Shown here piece by piece: positions 38,403-51,384 of a DNA stretch of 64,000 bases. The notes beneath the pieces were generated by a model. That model was given only the letters and a program-made list of their open reading frames with translations, ran no database searches and had not been told where the DNA came from. This DNA is from Octopus sinensis (lineage: Eukaryota). The stretch is taken from positions 5,890,001-5,954,000 of the forward strand of contig NC_043018.1 of NCBI RefSeq assembly GCF_006345805.1. Reading direction: 5' to 3'. The position numbers were made by a program, and so were the translations under genes. How positions within the stretch are numbered: the first letter of the stretch is position 1; each line of letters starts with the position of its first letter.

Positions 38403-40404
38403 GTAAGTATATAACATTTACTCAATTTATGCAGACAGGCACAGACACATGCATGTGCACCCCAGCCGAACATATAATAATAGAAACTGGAAACAAACAA
38501 CATCCTTCATATTTCAAAACTTCATTTCACTTTCACAGCTGATTCAATCAGCATCATCATTTAACAACCACTTTTCCATGTATGCATGGGTCAGAGAATT
38601 TGCTGAGGCAAATTTTTCAACGGCTGGGTGCTCATCCTGTTGCCAACCCTTACCTGTTTCCAACCAGGGTAATATTTCCCCCATGACCAGACAAGTTTAC
38701 GATGTCTAAACTGTGACACCAAGTCAAGGCAAGGAGACAGTAAAACACACGCACACACATACATAAATATACACATTTAAGATGAGCTTCTTTCAGTTTC
38801 CATCCACCGAATCCACTCCCAAGGCTTAGGTTGGATTGTGGTGGATAGTAGATGACACTTGCTCAAGGTACCACACAGAATTGAATCTGAAACCTTGTTG
38901 TTGGCAAAGAAACTTCGCTCCACACAACTATATCCCCACCTCAGTAACAATCATGAAATTACTCATTACCCAATTTCCGCAGTTGTCACCTACTCTCCCC
39001 TTATTATCAACACCTCATCATTATGTCCACCCCTTAATCCTTTCCCCCATCTCAAACCATCTATCACTCTGCCTTACAACCTAATGACCCCTGTCCACCT
39101 ATACTCCCTGTTCTTCTGTCCCCACTCTAACTCACCTTGAACCTTAAGGGTCCTCCCAGACACTTCATCACCCCTATTGTACCTCTTTTTCAAGTTAGTC
39201 TCAACTGCTCTTCTGCAATGTGAGCAACCATGTAGCTCCTTCAACAGCAAGAAACCTGTTCTGCTCTGGTCCCTTCTCTCATACTCTAACCCTTCATCTC
39301 CTAGCATAAAGCTGCGTTCCTCTCTATGGTAGTCCCACTTAATTGAAGGGAATCTTAGTCTTGCAAGCTGCATGACAACCTCACTGGTGACAGTGGCATG
39401 ATAAAAAAAGTACCCAATATGTTTTGTAAAGATGTTGGTATTAGGAAGGGCATCCAGCTGTAGAAAACATACCAAAGCAGACATCGGGGCATGATGCCTG
39501 AGCCATTCAAACTATGCCAGCAAGGAACATGAACTTTGAATGATGATGATTCATGATGTTGATGATGTACCTATCTACCTACCCATCCATCTGTCCCATC
39601 CATCCATCCATCATTCTGTTTATCTAAAATTATATACATACATTCTATGTATGTGGTAAATCATTTTATCGTTGCCCATATAATACAGTAAATGAATTGA
39701 TTGCATCGCAATCATTAACATTTATGTATTAACTTTGTTGGGTACTTCACTAGCAGTATATTGGATATATGTTATCCCATGGAGGGTTGCATTTACAACC
39801 CCTATCTCAATTTGTATATATATATATTGTATATGTGTTTATTGGACCCCAGAGCTTATTCTTTGTAAGCCTAGTACTTATTCTATCGGTCTCTGTTTGC
39901 CGAACCAAGTTACAGGGACATAAACACACCACCATCGGTTGTCAGGTGATGTTGGGTGGGGGGAAAACACAGACACACAAACATACACACACACACTCAT
40001 ATATATATACATATACTTCGGGCTTCTTCCAGTTTCCGTCTGCCGAATCCACTCACAAGGCTTTGGTCGGCCCAAGGCTATAGTAGAAGACACTTGCCGA
40101 AGGTGTCACGAAGTGGGACTGAACCCATGACCATGTGGTTGGTAAGCAAGCTACTTACCACACAGTGCCTTGTGTATAAAATTTGCATAAAAATTTGTGT
40201 GTGTGCATATGGATAGAATTTTCCATTTCAAATGAAATTCGAGTGACTTATAACCTTGGATGCTGTTTCTTAGGTTTAGTTTCCAGGAAAATTTGAGAAT
40301 CCAATAATTCCCTGCTGCTGCCACCATTCGAATTCAGTTTTATTTCTTTTACATCTATTTCTTCCTCTGATTTAATCTCCATCTGTCTGTTATTTTTATT
40401 CTAG

Positions 40405-40470
40405 CTCTACCGCCTGGAACAGTACGAGGAATGTCTTACTCTCTATAAACAGTTGATCAAGAATTCAGAG
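40405..40470 (+). CDS. SRP72: SRP72 exon 4 (LYRLEQYEECLTLYKQLIKNSE)
   Basis: Matches LYRLERYDECLAVYRDLVRNSQ. TAG acceptor, GTAGGT donor, phase 0. Confidence 0.93.
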
Positions 40471-40914
40471 GTAGGTACATATATATATAATAATAATTAT
40501 TTGAGGGAATAATATTCCTAACTTACAGGGAAAAATCCAATTTAGAAATACTAAACCAAATTTCACAAAATATAATATATATATATATATAAATATTAGA
40601 AAAATCACCTTTTATCAATTCAAAATGAACAATTAGATTACACCATCTAGAAAATTACATATAATAGAAATATTAATATTAAAATAACAATAATATACCG
40701 ATGATTAAGTAAATTGCAAAATAATAATAAAAACGTATTTATTTGGTATATTTCATTATTCTACCAAATATATCCATTTTTATTATTATTTTGCAATTTA
40801 TTTAATCATTGGTATATTATTGTTATTTTCATTTTAATATTTCTATTATATGTAATTTTCTAGATGGTATAATTTAATTGTTCATTTTGAATTGATAAAA
40901 GGTGTTTTTTTCTA

Positions 40915-40956
<42 letters not shown>

Positions 40957-41297
40957 ATGATGATGACTGTCCATTTGTCATTGAAGAGGACCACTGACCT
41001 TTGTCCCTGTGGGCGACTTCACCTGGATTTCATGCACTCTGTGGTGCCCTCCTACTTGACCAGGCATTGGGAAATCCCCTTGTTGGCAATTGCGCACAAC
41101 TTAAAATATTGGGTCCAACACCTCTCTTTCTCTCTGTCTCTATATCTCTCTCTCTCACTCACACACATGCACACATATACATACATATACATACATACAA
41201 TTTAAAAATGGGATAAAATCTTTATAAGAAATTATCAAGTAGTTAGCATGAAAAACCTCATAAGGGAAAAATTTATTAATTATTCCCTTTATTTATA

Positions 41298-41411
41298 TTA
41301 AGGACATTACTATACATAAATGCCTCATGCTAAGAGGGACTCTTAAAGTCAAAACTTTGACTTTAAGAGTCCCTCCTAGCGTGAGGCATTTATGTATAGT
41401 AATGCCCTTAA
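41298..41411. repeat. Near-perfect 114-bp palindrome (56-bp arms, 2-nt loop)
   Basis: Arms differ at only 3 positions. Confidence 0.92.
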
Positions 41412-41423
41412 AATAATAAATAA

Positions 41424-41497
<74 letters not shown>

Positions 41498-41560
41498 CAA
41501 AATTTAGATTCAGATGAATATGGTACTCAAGTTAATCCGTTTAATTGGAAAATGCTATAT

Positions 41561-41646
41561 GTGGCTGAAGATTGCTTGACATTTTAAAACTGATGTAATA
41601 CTTACAGTGTTTAATAAAATGAAGTAGTATGAAACAATTGTACTAC
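41561..41646 (+). ncRNA. Type I hammerhead ribozyme, sense to SRP72 intron 4
   Basis: GTGG-CTGAAGA-TTGCT...AGTAT-GAAA-C-AATT-GTA-CTAC. Same family as 28108-28197. Confidence 0.68.
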
Positions 41647-41954
41647 TCTACCTTGGATATCCTTGTTGCTTATTTTGATTATATATATATATAATTATTA
41701 TTTGAGGGAATAAAATCCAAACTTACAAGGAAAAAGAATTCAGTTTAGAAATACTAAATCAAATTCCACACAATATAATATATATATATATATAAAATAT
41801 TAGAAAAACCCACCTTTTATCAATTCAAAAGGGATAATTAAATTACACCATCTAGAAAATTACATATAATAGAAAAGTTAAAATTAAAATAACAATTAAA
41901 AAGTAAAGATTAAGTAAATTACAAAAATAATATAAAATATATAATAGGTAGAAA

Positions 41955-42040
41955 AACAACACGTGTTTCGCTGCTATATTTAAGAAATGATTATAGTAGT
42001 AGAAAATCACTTCCATATAAATATAGTCGCTCATCAGGTT
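41955..42040 (-). ncRNA. Type I hammerhead ribozyme, antisense to SRP72 intron 4
   Basis: AAC-CTGATGA-GC-GA-CTATATTTA...TAAATATAG-CA-GC-GAAA-C-ACGT-GTT-GTT. Extended stem II, palindrome AACACGTGTT. Confidence 0.7.
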
Positions 42041-42309
42041 AAAAATATAATAGAACAATTAATTAATAAATATACTTTAATATATATATTTATATTTAGT
42101 AGAAGCAACAGAGTAACTCAAGGGTTAGCACTTATCAAAGTCCTTGAGTCACTCTTTTGCTTCTGCTAAATTATGTACATTTTATTGTGTTTTGTCATGT
42201 GAGTGATCCTCTGGTCTGTAGTCCAAACCTGGTTGTGGACTTCTGGTTTCACCCACATATCCAGGCCTAGAAATTTCACTTTTTTATGCTGTTTTCTTTA
42301 TTGTTTCAG

Positions 42310-42387
42310 GATGAATTTGACGAAGAAAGACAGACTAATTTAGCTGCAGTGCTCAGCTCTCTTCAGATGTGGAATAAAAAACAAGTG
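42310..42387 (+). CDS. SRP72: SRP72 exon 5 (DEFDEERQTNLAAVLSSLQMWNKKQV)
   Basis: Matches DDYDEERKTNLSAV. CAG acceptor, GTAATT donor. Confidence 0.92.
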
Positions 42388-42992
42388 GTAATTGAAGCAC
42401 AACATTTTTGTTCATCTTCTTTGCAATTCCTTTTTTTTGTCTGCAATTTACTCTGCTGGCACAATCAGGCTCATTTGTTTATTTATTTAGTTTCTAACTA
42501 GCACTATGACCCGGCATCGTCGGGTCATAGTGCTAGTGCATGCATATACAGCTGCGTGCATGCGCACATACATGCGAGTACTGTCCAAATCTCCGACCAA
42601 TCACATACAGCTAGCTGGCATTCAATTAGTGTATCAAGTTTCAGGCATTTTGATTGGGTTTTGGATAAAAAATTCACAAAAAAGTCACTTCTATTGATTT
42701 TTTTAATGGCTTTGCAGGGTGACTGGGGTAATGTAAAGATGTGCACGATCACCCTTGGACAGTTATGAATGACCATAAAAAGTGCAAGCCCTGTAACTGA
42801 AAAATTGTGGATTTGTATAAAAGACACACATGCAGACATTATGCTGTTTATATATAGAGAGATTTTGGGCAAGTGTCTTCTATTATAACCTCAGGCCAAC
42901 CAAAACCCTGTGAGTAGACTTGCTAGATGGAAACAGTGTGGAAGACTTGTTCTTTGCTTATGGTGTTGGATGGTATTTTTGTGATACTAAAC

Positions 42993-43825
42993 TAGTGGTT
43001 CTCAACCATTTTTTACCTATGAATCTCTTTGATTACTATTTTGCTCAGATGGACTCTTCTTGCAATTTGATGTTTAATAAATTCATATTATATTTTTGAA
43101 TTAAATATTATAAGTGCAGGCATGGCTGTGTGGTAAGAAGCTTACTTCCCTACCACATGGTTCTGGGTTCAGTCCCACTGCGTGGCATCTTAGGCAAGTG
43201 TATTTTACTATAGCCTCGGACCAACCAAAGCCTTGTGAGTGGATTTGGTAGAAGGAAACTGAAAGAAGCCTGTTGTCTATATATATATATATATATATAA
43301 TATCATCGGTTAATGTCTGTCTTCCATGCATGCATGGGTAGGATGGTTGACAGAGGCCGGCCAGGTAGAAGGCTATCATGTCTGCTCTGGCAGGGTTTTT
43401 ATAGCTGGATGCCCTTCCTAACAACTACTCTGCAGAGTGGACTCAGTGTTTGTGTTTGTTTTCCCCCTCCCCCATCACCGCTTGACAACCAGTGTTGGTG
43501 TGTTTACATCCCTGTAACTTTGTGGTTCTGCATAAGTGACTGATAGAATAAATACTAGGCTTAAAAAAAATACTGTCCTGGGGTTGATTTGTTTGACTAA
43601 AACCCTACGAGGCTGTGCTCCAGCATGGCTGCAGTCAAATGACTGAAACAAGTAAAACAAAATAAAAAAATAAAAGAATTATTAGGAATTTTATAAAAGC
43701 AAAATAGTTAAAATATTTTGTATTTTCTAGACTTATAACCAATTCATTGCATGTAAATTTTAACATTTTGACCACAAAAATTTTGTATACAGCCTCAAAA
43801 TTTGGCCCTAATTTGAGAACCACTG
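42993..43825. mobile_element. hAT-type MITE interrupted by SINEs
   Basis: TAGTGGTTCTCAA ... TTGAGAACCACTG termini. TSD only 5 of 8 conserved. Confidence 0.5.
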
Positions 43826-43840
43826 CATTAGACTAATGAA

Positions 43841-44251
43841 GGATTTTTTCGGTTTGAACGGCAGTTTTTAAAAATTATTTCCACATAACTAAACACTTTT
43901 AAACTTCGTATACTGGTAGAATGTGTTTATAAAACATCTTTTTCTCTTGGCTTTATTGAGAAAATTCTATAGTTTGTAAGATATTTGTTGTTTTTTTTCT
44001 TCAATTTCTGCAATTTCAACCAATCAATGATGTCCATTGAGGTAAACAACATTCTGTGCCGTATGAATATGTCCCTCGTTTAAGAAACAGATTGGGTTTA
44101 TTTACATTTGTGAAGAAAAAAAGATACCCTTCGTCCCCACCCCTAACCCTAACCCAGATTGAAATGCAATAGATCGATACTAGGTCATAATTATGGATGA
44201 CAGTTTCATATGACACCGCTAGAAAAAGTGTCGTTGAAACCGAAAAGATCC
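43841..44251. mobile_element. Same MITE family
   Basis: TIRs present. Exact 8-bp TSD ctaatgaa (43833-43840, 44252-44259). Confidence 0.87.
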
Positions 44252-44519
44252 CTAATGAACCAGTTAAACTGCTCAGAGTTTGATTAAGTCCTGGTTTTCA
44301 GGGCAGAAAATGTTATGAGCTGATTGGCCATTCTTATCCAGAAATGTGGAAGCTCTCTCTATAAAGTCTAGATGAGGTGGCAGACATCTACATCGATTCT
44401 GTCATTGTTTACTGCTTGACCATTGTGCCTTGTCCTTGCTTCTGTCTTATCAAAGTGGGTTCTGTGCTCTTTGGTTTCTTGTGGAAGGGTTGTGTTCTGT
44501 TGGTCAGGTAGTCCATCTA

Positions 44520-45015
44520 CTGCAGCCACTGCTATCATCATCACCACCATCATCATCACGATCCCTGCCATCATTTATGTTATTAATCTCATCTCCATCA
44601 CCGCTATCATTTACATTATCACAATCACTGTAACGACCACCACTGTCATTATCAATACCATCGCCATCATCACAACCATTGCCATCATCATCACTACCAT
44701 CATCATCATTGCCATTGTCATCATCACAACCACAATCATTGCCATCATTATCATCACCACCAACATCCTGATCATTGTCACAAACACCACCATCATTATC
44801 ATCATCATAATATCACTACCATCATCGTCACCATCATCATCACAACCACTGCCATCATTATCACCATCATCATAACCATCATCACAACCACTGCCATCAT
44901 CACCATCATCATCATCATAACCATCATCACAACCACTGCCATCATTATCATCATCATCATCATCAACACAACCATCATCACCACAACCACCACCACCATC
45001 ACCATCATCCTCATT
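44520..45015. repeat. About 500-bp degenerate (CAT/CAC)n trinucleotide tract ending ~35 nt before SRP72 exon 6
   Basis: Direct reading of the sequence. Confidence 0.9.
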
Positions 45016-45049
45016 AATACTGAGATACCTGTTGCTCTCCAATTGGCAG

Positions 45050-45161
45050 GAGGACCCAGGCTTGAAAGATCTTTCCTATGAACTTTGTTACAACAAAGCC
45101 TGTCTCATGATTGGTCAAAATAAATTCAAAGATGCAGAAGAGAAATTAGAGAAGGCTGAAG
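45050..45161 (+). CDS. SRP72: SRP72 exon 6 (EDPGLKDLSYELCYNKACLMIGQNKFKDAEEKLEKAE)
   Basis: Matches HELCYNTACALIGQG...LQKAE. CAG acceptor (tandem CAGGAG), GTATTT donor. Confidence 0.93.
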
Positions 45162-45929
45162 GTATTTCATTTTCATACATTTTCTTTTCTTTTTTGTAGT
45201 TTTATTTATTTTTCTTTTCTGTTTTTTCTTTCCTTGTCTTTACCTTTTGATTTTCAAATCCTGTTTTTTGTTTTGTCCTTTTGTCTTGTTTTTCTTTTCA
45301 TTCTTTTTATTTTTTTTCTGCTTTTCTTCGTCTTCTTTCTTCTGCTTTGTTCTTTTTTTTTTGTCACCGCTCACTCCATTCCACCATTTGACAACTGATG
45401 TTGGTTTGTTTACATCCATGTGATTTAGCAGTTTTGACAAAAAAGATTGATAGGGCAAGTACAAGACTTTAAAGAAATCGTAAGCACTAGGGTTGCTTTG
45501 TTCGACTAAAACTCAAGGTAGTGCCCCAGCATGGCCACGGTCCAATGATTGAAGCAAGGAAGATAAAAGTTAAAAGACATGCATGTATGTAATGAAGACA
45601 CATGGCCTAGTGGTTAAGGTGTTGCATTCATAATCACAAGATCAGTTTCAAATCCTGGACTTGGGCTGTCGTATTTTTGAAAAAAAGCCTTTCATTTCAT
45701 GTTGCTTCTTTTAACCCTACAAATGGACTGGCATCCCATTCAGGGCCCTGACATCTGAAACTCTTGAATAGTAGTTTTTACGTGCCACTGGCACGGAAGC
45801 CAGTCAGCTGCTCTGGCAACCATCACGCTTGGATGGTGCTCTTAGCGCTCCACTAGCACAGATAACAGTCATCGAATTTGATTTCACTTGCCTCAACAGG
45901 TCTTTGCAAGCAGAGCTTAGTGTCCAATG

Positions 45930-46320
45930 AAGGAAAGGTATGCATAAGTGGGCTGGTTACACCCCTGGCATAGGCCACGATTTTATGGTCCCACTTGGCT
46001 TGCTGGGTCTTCTCAAGCATAGCATATTTCCAAAGGTCTCAGTCACTAGTCGTTTCCTTGGTGAGGCCTAATGTTCGAAGGTTGTGCTTCACCACTTCAT
46101 CCCAGGTCTTCCTAGGTCTACCTCTTCCACAGGTTCCCTCAACTGCTATGGTGTGGCACTTTTTCACACAGCTATCCACATCTATTCTCGCCATGTGGCC
46201 ATACCAGTGCAGTCGTCTCTCTTGCACATCACATCTGATGCTTCTTAGGTCCAACTTTTCTCTCAGGGTACTTACACTCTGTCGAGTATGCACACTGACA
46301 TTACACATCCTTCGGAGCAT
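45930..46320 (-). mobile_element. RTE LINE 3' fragment
   Basis: ORF RRLHWYGHMAR...GRGRPRKTWDEVV. Confidence 0.82.
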
Positions 46321-46654
46321 ATATATATATATATATTCATGTATCTATGTGCATGTGGGTGAGTGAATGTATTTTCGTGTCTCTTTGTCTTGGGATCACA
46401 TGATAATTGTAAATGAGTGTCACTGTTATACAAGCTGTGTCATTCATTTCCAATGCTCCTGGCCATGGGGGAATTAATTCCTTGCTTGGAAACAGGTGAG
46501 GGTTAGTGACAGGGAAGGTGTCTGGCCATAGAAAATTTGCCTTAGTAAACTTCATCCAACCCAACCTGTGCAAGCATGGAAAAGTGGACATCTAAGTGAT
46601 GATGATGATGATGATGATCTATTTTCCTTATTTTCACCTTTCTTTCTTTCTTAG

Positions 46655-46730
46655 TTGTTTGTCGGAGAAGTTTTGAAGATGATCCTGAATCTACTGAAGA
46701 AGACATCAATGAAGAAGTTGCTGTGCTAAG
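46655..46730 (+). CDS. SRP72: SRP72 exon 7 (VCRRSFEDDPESTEEDINEEVAVLR)
   Basis: Matches LCRRSLSEDTDGTEEDPQAELAII. TAG acceptor, GTGAGT donor. Confidence 0.92.
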
Positions 46731-47059
46731 GTGAGTTGACTCTTCCCAGGAAAACACACTCCCTGATAGGCTGGTGTCCTAGCCAGGGGTAGTATGAAAT
46801 TTTATCTTTCATCTCTCTCGTCTGTTTTAAGCCTTTAGTGTTTAACCATTTAGCATTCAAATTTCTTTGTCAAATGTATTGCTTATTTATTTACATTGTT
46901 TTGAATTAATCATATATTCCGGGTTTAGTCCCACTGCGTGGCACCTTGGGTAAATGTCTTCTACTATAGCCTCAGGCCGACCAAAGCCTTGTGAGTGGAT
47001 TTAGTAGACGGAAACTGAAAGAAGCCTGTCGTATATATGTATATATATATGTGTATATA

Positions 47060-47360
47060 TATCATCATCATCGTTTAACGTCTGTTTTCCGCGCTAGCAC
47101 GGGTTGGACGGTTTCGACTGGGGTCTGGGGAGCCAGGGGCTGCCCCAGGCTCCAGTCTGGTCTGGCAGTGTTTCTACAGCTGGATGCCCTTCCTAACGCC
47201 AACCACTCCGCGAGTGTAGTGGGTGCTTTTTACGTGCCACCTGCACAGGTGCCAGAGGGGTCTGGCATCGGCCACGGTCAGTTGGTGCTTTTTATGTGCC
47301 ACCTGCACAGAAGCCAGTTGGGGCGGTGCTGGCATCGGCCACGTTCGGATGGTGCTTTTT
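47060..47360 (-). mobile_element. RTE 3'-tail-derived short elements (family C; many copies, e.g. ~4230, 7135, 11120, 20150, 23500, 26020, 48990, 50220, 52650, 58310, 61620, 63455)
   Basis: (CAT)n-CGTTTAACGTCCG...CATGCTAGCATGGGTTGGACGG...GATGCCCTTCCTAACGCCAACCACTCC, i.e. the reverse complement of the LINE tail at 10690-10863. Confidence 0.85.
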
Positions 47361-50042
47361 ATGTGGGGGGAGGGTGCAGAAATATAGGGGAGCACCAGTG
47401 GGGAGGGGTGTTCGGAGAAACGATGACAGGTTCTAGACAAGTAGAACGTAGGATATCATGAGAGGGGTAATGCATGGTGAAATAGCGTATTGAAGAGGGG
47501 GGTTCGAAGAGTAGACACCTATAATGGTGGTGGGAGAAGCGACATCCGGTATAGATGAAGCAAAATATAGAGATATCCGGTATTGGTGGTGGGGGTGGGC
47601 AAGGGCGGGTGCACCGGGAATATGCGAAGGTTGAACTTGACGGGCTGGCTTAAAAATGCTCTTAGCAATGGAAGGGGGGGAGGGCAGACAACGTAAAAGA
47701 GGGAGAGAGAGAGAGAAGGGAATAGTGGAACCCCGCGAAAATCGGCCGCCATTGAAAAACCCCTGTATGGAGAAACTTAAATATAAATATCTATTCTGTA
47801 TTTAGCGAGACACGAAGCCGGAAACCGATGGTCAACAATAACTAATAAATTATACAGAATATGCAATACGAGGCGAAACTGAAAATAATAATAATAATAA
47901 TACTAATAAACAAATTGTCGACTGGGGGTCAAAGGGATAATACTAATACTAATAATAATAATAATAAACAGCTTAACCACTAGAGATCAGACAAATTTGC
48001 ATGAGAATATTACTGGTACAGATTACGGGATGAATTAGATTAGAAAGATTTTCTTATCTTGGGAACATTTCGTTTTTCGGCCTGACACGGCGAATATGTG
48101 AAGGTTGAACTTGACGGGCTGGCTTAAAAATGCTCATATATATATATATATATGTGTGTGTGTGTATGTTTGTGTGCCTGTGTTTGTCCCCCCAACATCG
48201 CTTGACAACCAATGCTGGTGTGTTTACGTCCCTGTAGCTTAGTGGTTTGGCAAAAGACACCGATAAAATAAGTACTAGGCTTACAAAGAATAAGTCTGGG
48301 GTCGATTTGCTTGACTAAAGGCAGTGCTCCAGCATGGCCACAGTCAGATGACTGAAACAAGTAAAAGAGTATCTTGTAACTTCAAGATTTTGGTAGTGTA
48401 TTTGTGCATTTTTAGAATGACATTGTTGAGTTGGTATGAGAGGTTGGATCTGGTCAATTTTAACATAAAGCACAGAATATGTGGGCTGTATATAGCTGGA
48501 TTAAATGCTAACTGGTTAAACTGGCCATGTCTGATCCAAATATTTTTAGCTGTTTCATGTTTAAATGGATCAAATCAGGGCCTCTCACACCTATCCCACA
48601 ATGTCATTCTAAAATATAACAATCACACTATCAAAATCTCAGAGCTATAAGATAATGCATGTTTAATTCGATGGTTAATAATGTGAATAAATAAGTATTG
48701 CCTGAACCCTGGTTCCCAGAGTTACCCCTATTAGGGGTAACACTTCCACTAACAGGGGACATGAAATTTTTTGTCGTAGTACTGGTGAAGGAAAAGAAAT
48801 CAGTGTTTCACCTCCTGTTCTTTAACTGCATGTACATACATACGTACATATATACATACATATGTACAGACATGTATATACACATGTTCATGCATGCAAG
48901 CTAATGTGTATATATAAGTGTATATACATATGAACACATACATACAGGGCACTTATTTTCTTTGTATCTATCCTTGTGTTTGTGCCTCATCATCATCATC
49001 ATCATCGTTTAGTGTCCGCTTTCCATGCTAGCATGGGTTGGATGGTTCAACTGGGGTCTGGGAATCCAGAAGGCTGCACCAGGCCCAGTCTGATCTGGCA
49101 ATGTTTCTACGGCTGGATACTCTTCCTAATGCCAACCACTCCGTGAGTATAGTGGGTGCTTTTACGTGCCACCAGCACAGGGGCTTCTAGGTGCCAGACG
49201 AGGCTGGCAACGGCTATGATCGGATGGTGCTTTTTACGTGCCACCGGCATGGGGGCCAGGCGAGGCTGGCAGACGGCCACGATTGGATGGTGCTTTTTAG
49301 GTGCCACCGGCATGGGGGCCAGGCGAGGCTGGCAAACGGCCACGATTGGATGGTGCTTTTTAGGTGCCACCAGCATGAGGCCAGTCGGGACGGCGCTGGC
49401 AACAGCCACGTTCGGATGGTTCTCAGATGCAGGCATGGTGTGGTGTTAAAAACTTGCTTTCCAATCATGTAGATTTGGGTTCAGTTCCCCTATGCAGCAT
49501 CTTAGGCAAGTTTCATCTACTATTGCCTTGAGCCAATGAAACTCTTTGAGTGGATTCAGTAGATGGAAACTGGACAAAGCCTGTTGTATACATATATATG
49601 TGTGTGTGTGTGTATAAGTATGTGTGTATCTATGTATGAATGTTTGTCTGCATGTATCCCCTTGTCTTGACTTCATGTGATAGCTGTAAACAGGCATCAC
49701 TGTCATACAAGCAGTGTTGTTCGTTTGAAGCCTAGCATGGAAAACGTGTCTGACCATGGGAAAATGTTACTTTGCTTGGAAAGATGTGAGGGTTTGGAGA
49801 CAAGGAAGGACATCTGGCCATTGGAAAAATTTGCAGGGGTCAATTCCATCTGACCCCTGCAAGCATGGAATAGTGGATGTCAAATGGTGAGAAAGATTTT
49901 GATGATGGAAAAGTGGGCACTAGATAATGGAAGGGATGATGATGATGAAGGATGATAATGATAATAATATAACCTGCAATGTTTAAAATGTTCTTTCTTA
50001 AATTATAACTAATTTTCTTTCTTTTCTATTTTATCCTTCCAG

Positions 50043-50123
50043 AACCCAGTTAGCGTACGTTTTACAGAAGCAGGGACGACCTGAAGAAGCCCTCCAAATA
50101 TACAACCAGGTCCTCAAAACTAA
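50043..50123 (+). CDS. SRP72: SRP72 exon 8 (TQLAYVLQKQGRPEEALQIYNQVLKTK)
   Basis: Matches QMAYILQLQGRTEEALQLYNQIIKLK. CAG acceptor, GTATGT donor. Confidence 0.94.
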
Positions 50124-51344
50124 GTATGTGTTTGTATTTTCCTCTTTTTTTTTCTACTTATCTTTCAAATTAATCTTCCAATGTTGTTATGGCTTTAACA
50201 AAAAACCCCTGCCCTGTTCTCATCATCATCATCGTTTAACGTCCATTTTCCATGCTAGCATGGGTTGGACGATTTTGACTGAGGGCTGGCAACCAGATGG
50301 CTGCAGTAGGCTCCATTCTTGATCTGGCAGAGTTTCTACAGCTGGATGCCCTTCCTTACGCCAACCACTCCGAGAATGTAGTGGGTGCTTTTTACGTGCC
50401 ACCAGCACGGGGGCCAGTCAGGCAGCACTGGCAACGACCTTGCTCGAATCTTTTTACACGTGCCAGTGAAGCGATGTTGGTAATGATCACGCTCGACTGG
50501 TGCCCTTTTACGTGCCACGGGTACGGAAGCCAGTTGGATGCTCTGGCAACAATCATGCTCGGATGGTGTTCTTGGCACCCTACTAGCACAGGCATAAGTG
50601 CCAGTAAGGCGACGCTGGTAACGATCATACTCGAATAGCTGTTCTGTCAACGATCACACTCGTATGGTGCTCTCTGCACCTCGCTAGCACGGATGCCAGT
50701 CATCGAAATGATTTAGATTTTGAAGATTTCACAGGTTTTTCTGTACAATGTTTCTTGTGGGTTTGTTGTGGACAGTAGAAAATAACTGGGTGGTATTTAG
50801 TTTGGTTCCTTTCTGTTGTGATTTTCAAATCCTCTCAAGATTCACTTTATCTTTTTCTCCTTCCATGGTTTTGTAAAATTCAAACAAGAACTAGTTGGTA
50901 AGCTGTGGGGAGTGGGTGAAGGCATCGCATTTACAAGATGTCAAGGACCAGTGGTTTTGGTTAAAGAAAGGAAATATTGAAGAAAGGGAATGAAAGTATG
51001 ATTTTGGCATCACAGGAACAAGAACTAAGGACAAAACAGAGTGAAAGAATCAGGGATCAGTCAGACTGCTCACACGGATGTAGAATGTGTGATGTTTGAA
51101 ATGAAACTAGCTCACATTGTAATGGAATGTCCTCAGCTGGTTCAGAATTTATGCAAAATTTCGAGACACGATAAGGTTGCTGTAATAATTCAGAGATTTT
51201 TGTAAGAGATTTGGTTTTGCAAGCACAGTAGAAATCTAGGACCAGTTTGTGAGGATAGAAATGAAAATCCTTGAAAAATGGTGAAGTGTGAAATACTGCT
51301 AAGCATTTTGCCTGGCATGCTAACAATTCTGCCAGTTCACCACC

Positions 51345-51384
<40 letters not shown>

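Larger units (their letters stand above)
40478..42080. mobile_element. Cluster of AT-rich non-autonomous PLE-like fragments in SRP72 intron 4
   Basis: 40478-40733 and 41690-41945 are homologous direct copies. There is an inverted arm at 40777-40920 and two hammerheads, all bounded by (TA)n. Confidence 0.6.

Noticed and set aside
44423-45042. Poly-Ile/Thr and poly-Asp/Met ORFs
   Set aside because: Artefacts of the (CAT)n tract inside an SRP72 intron.
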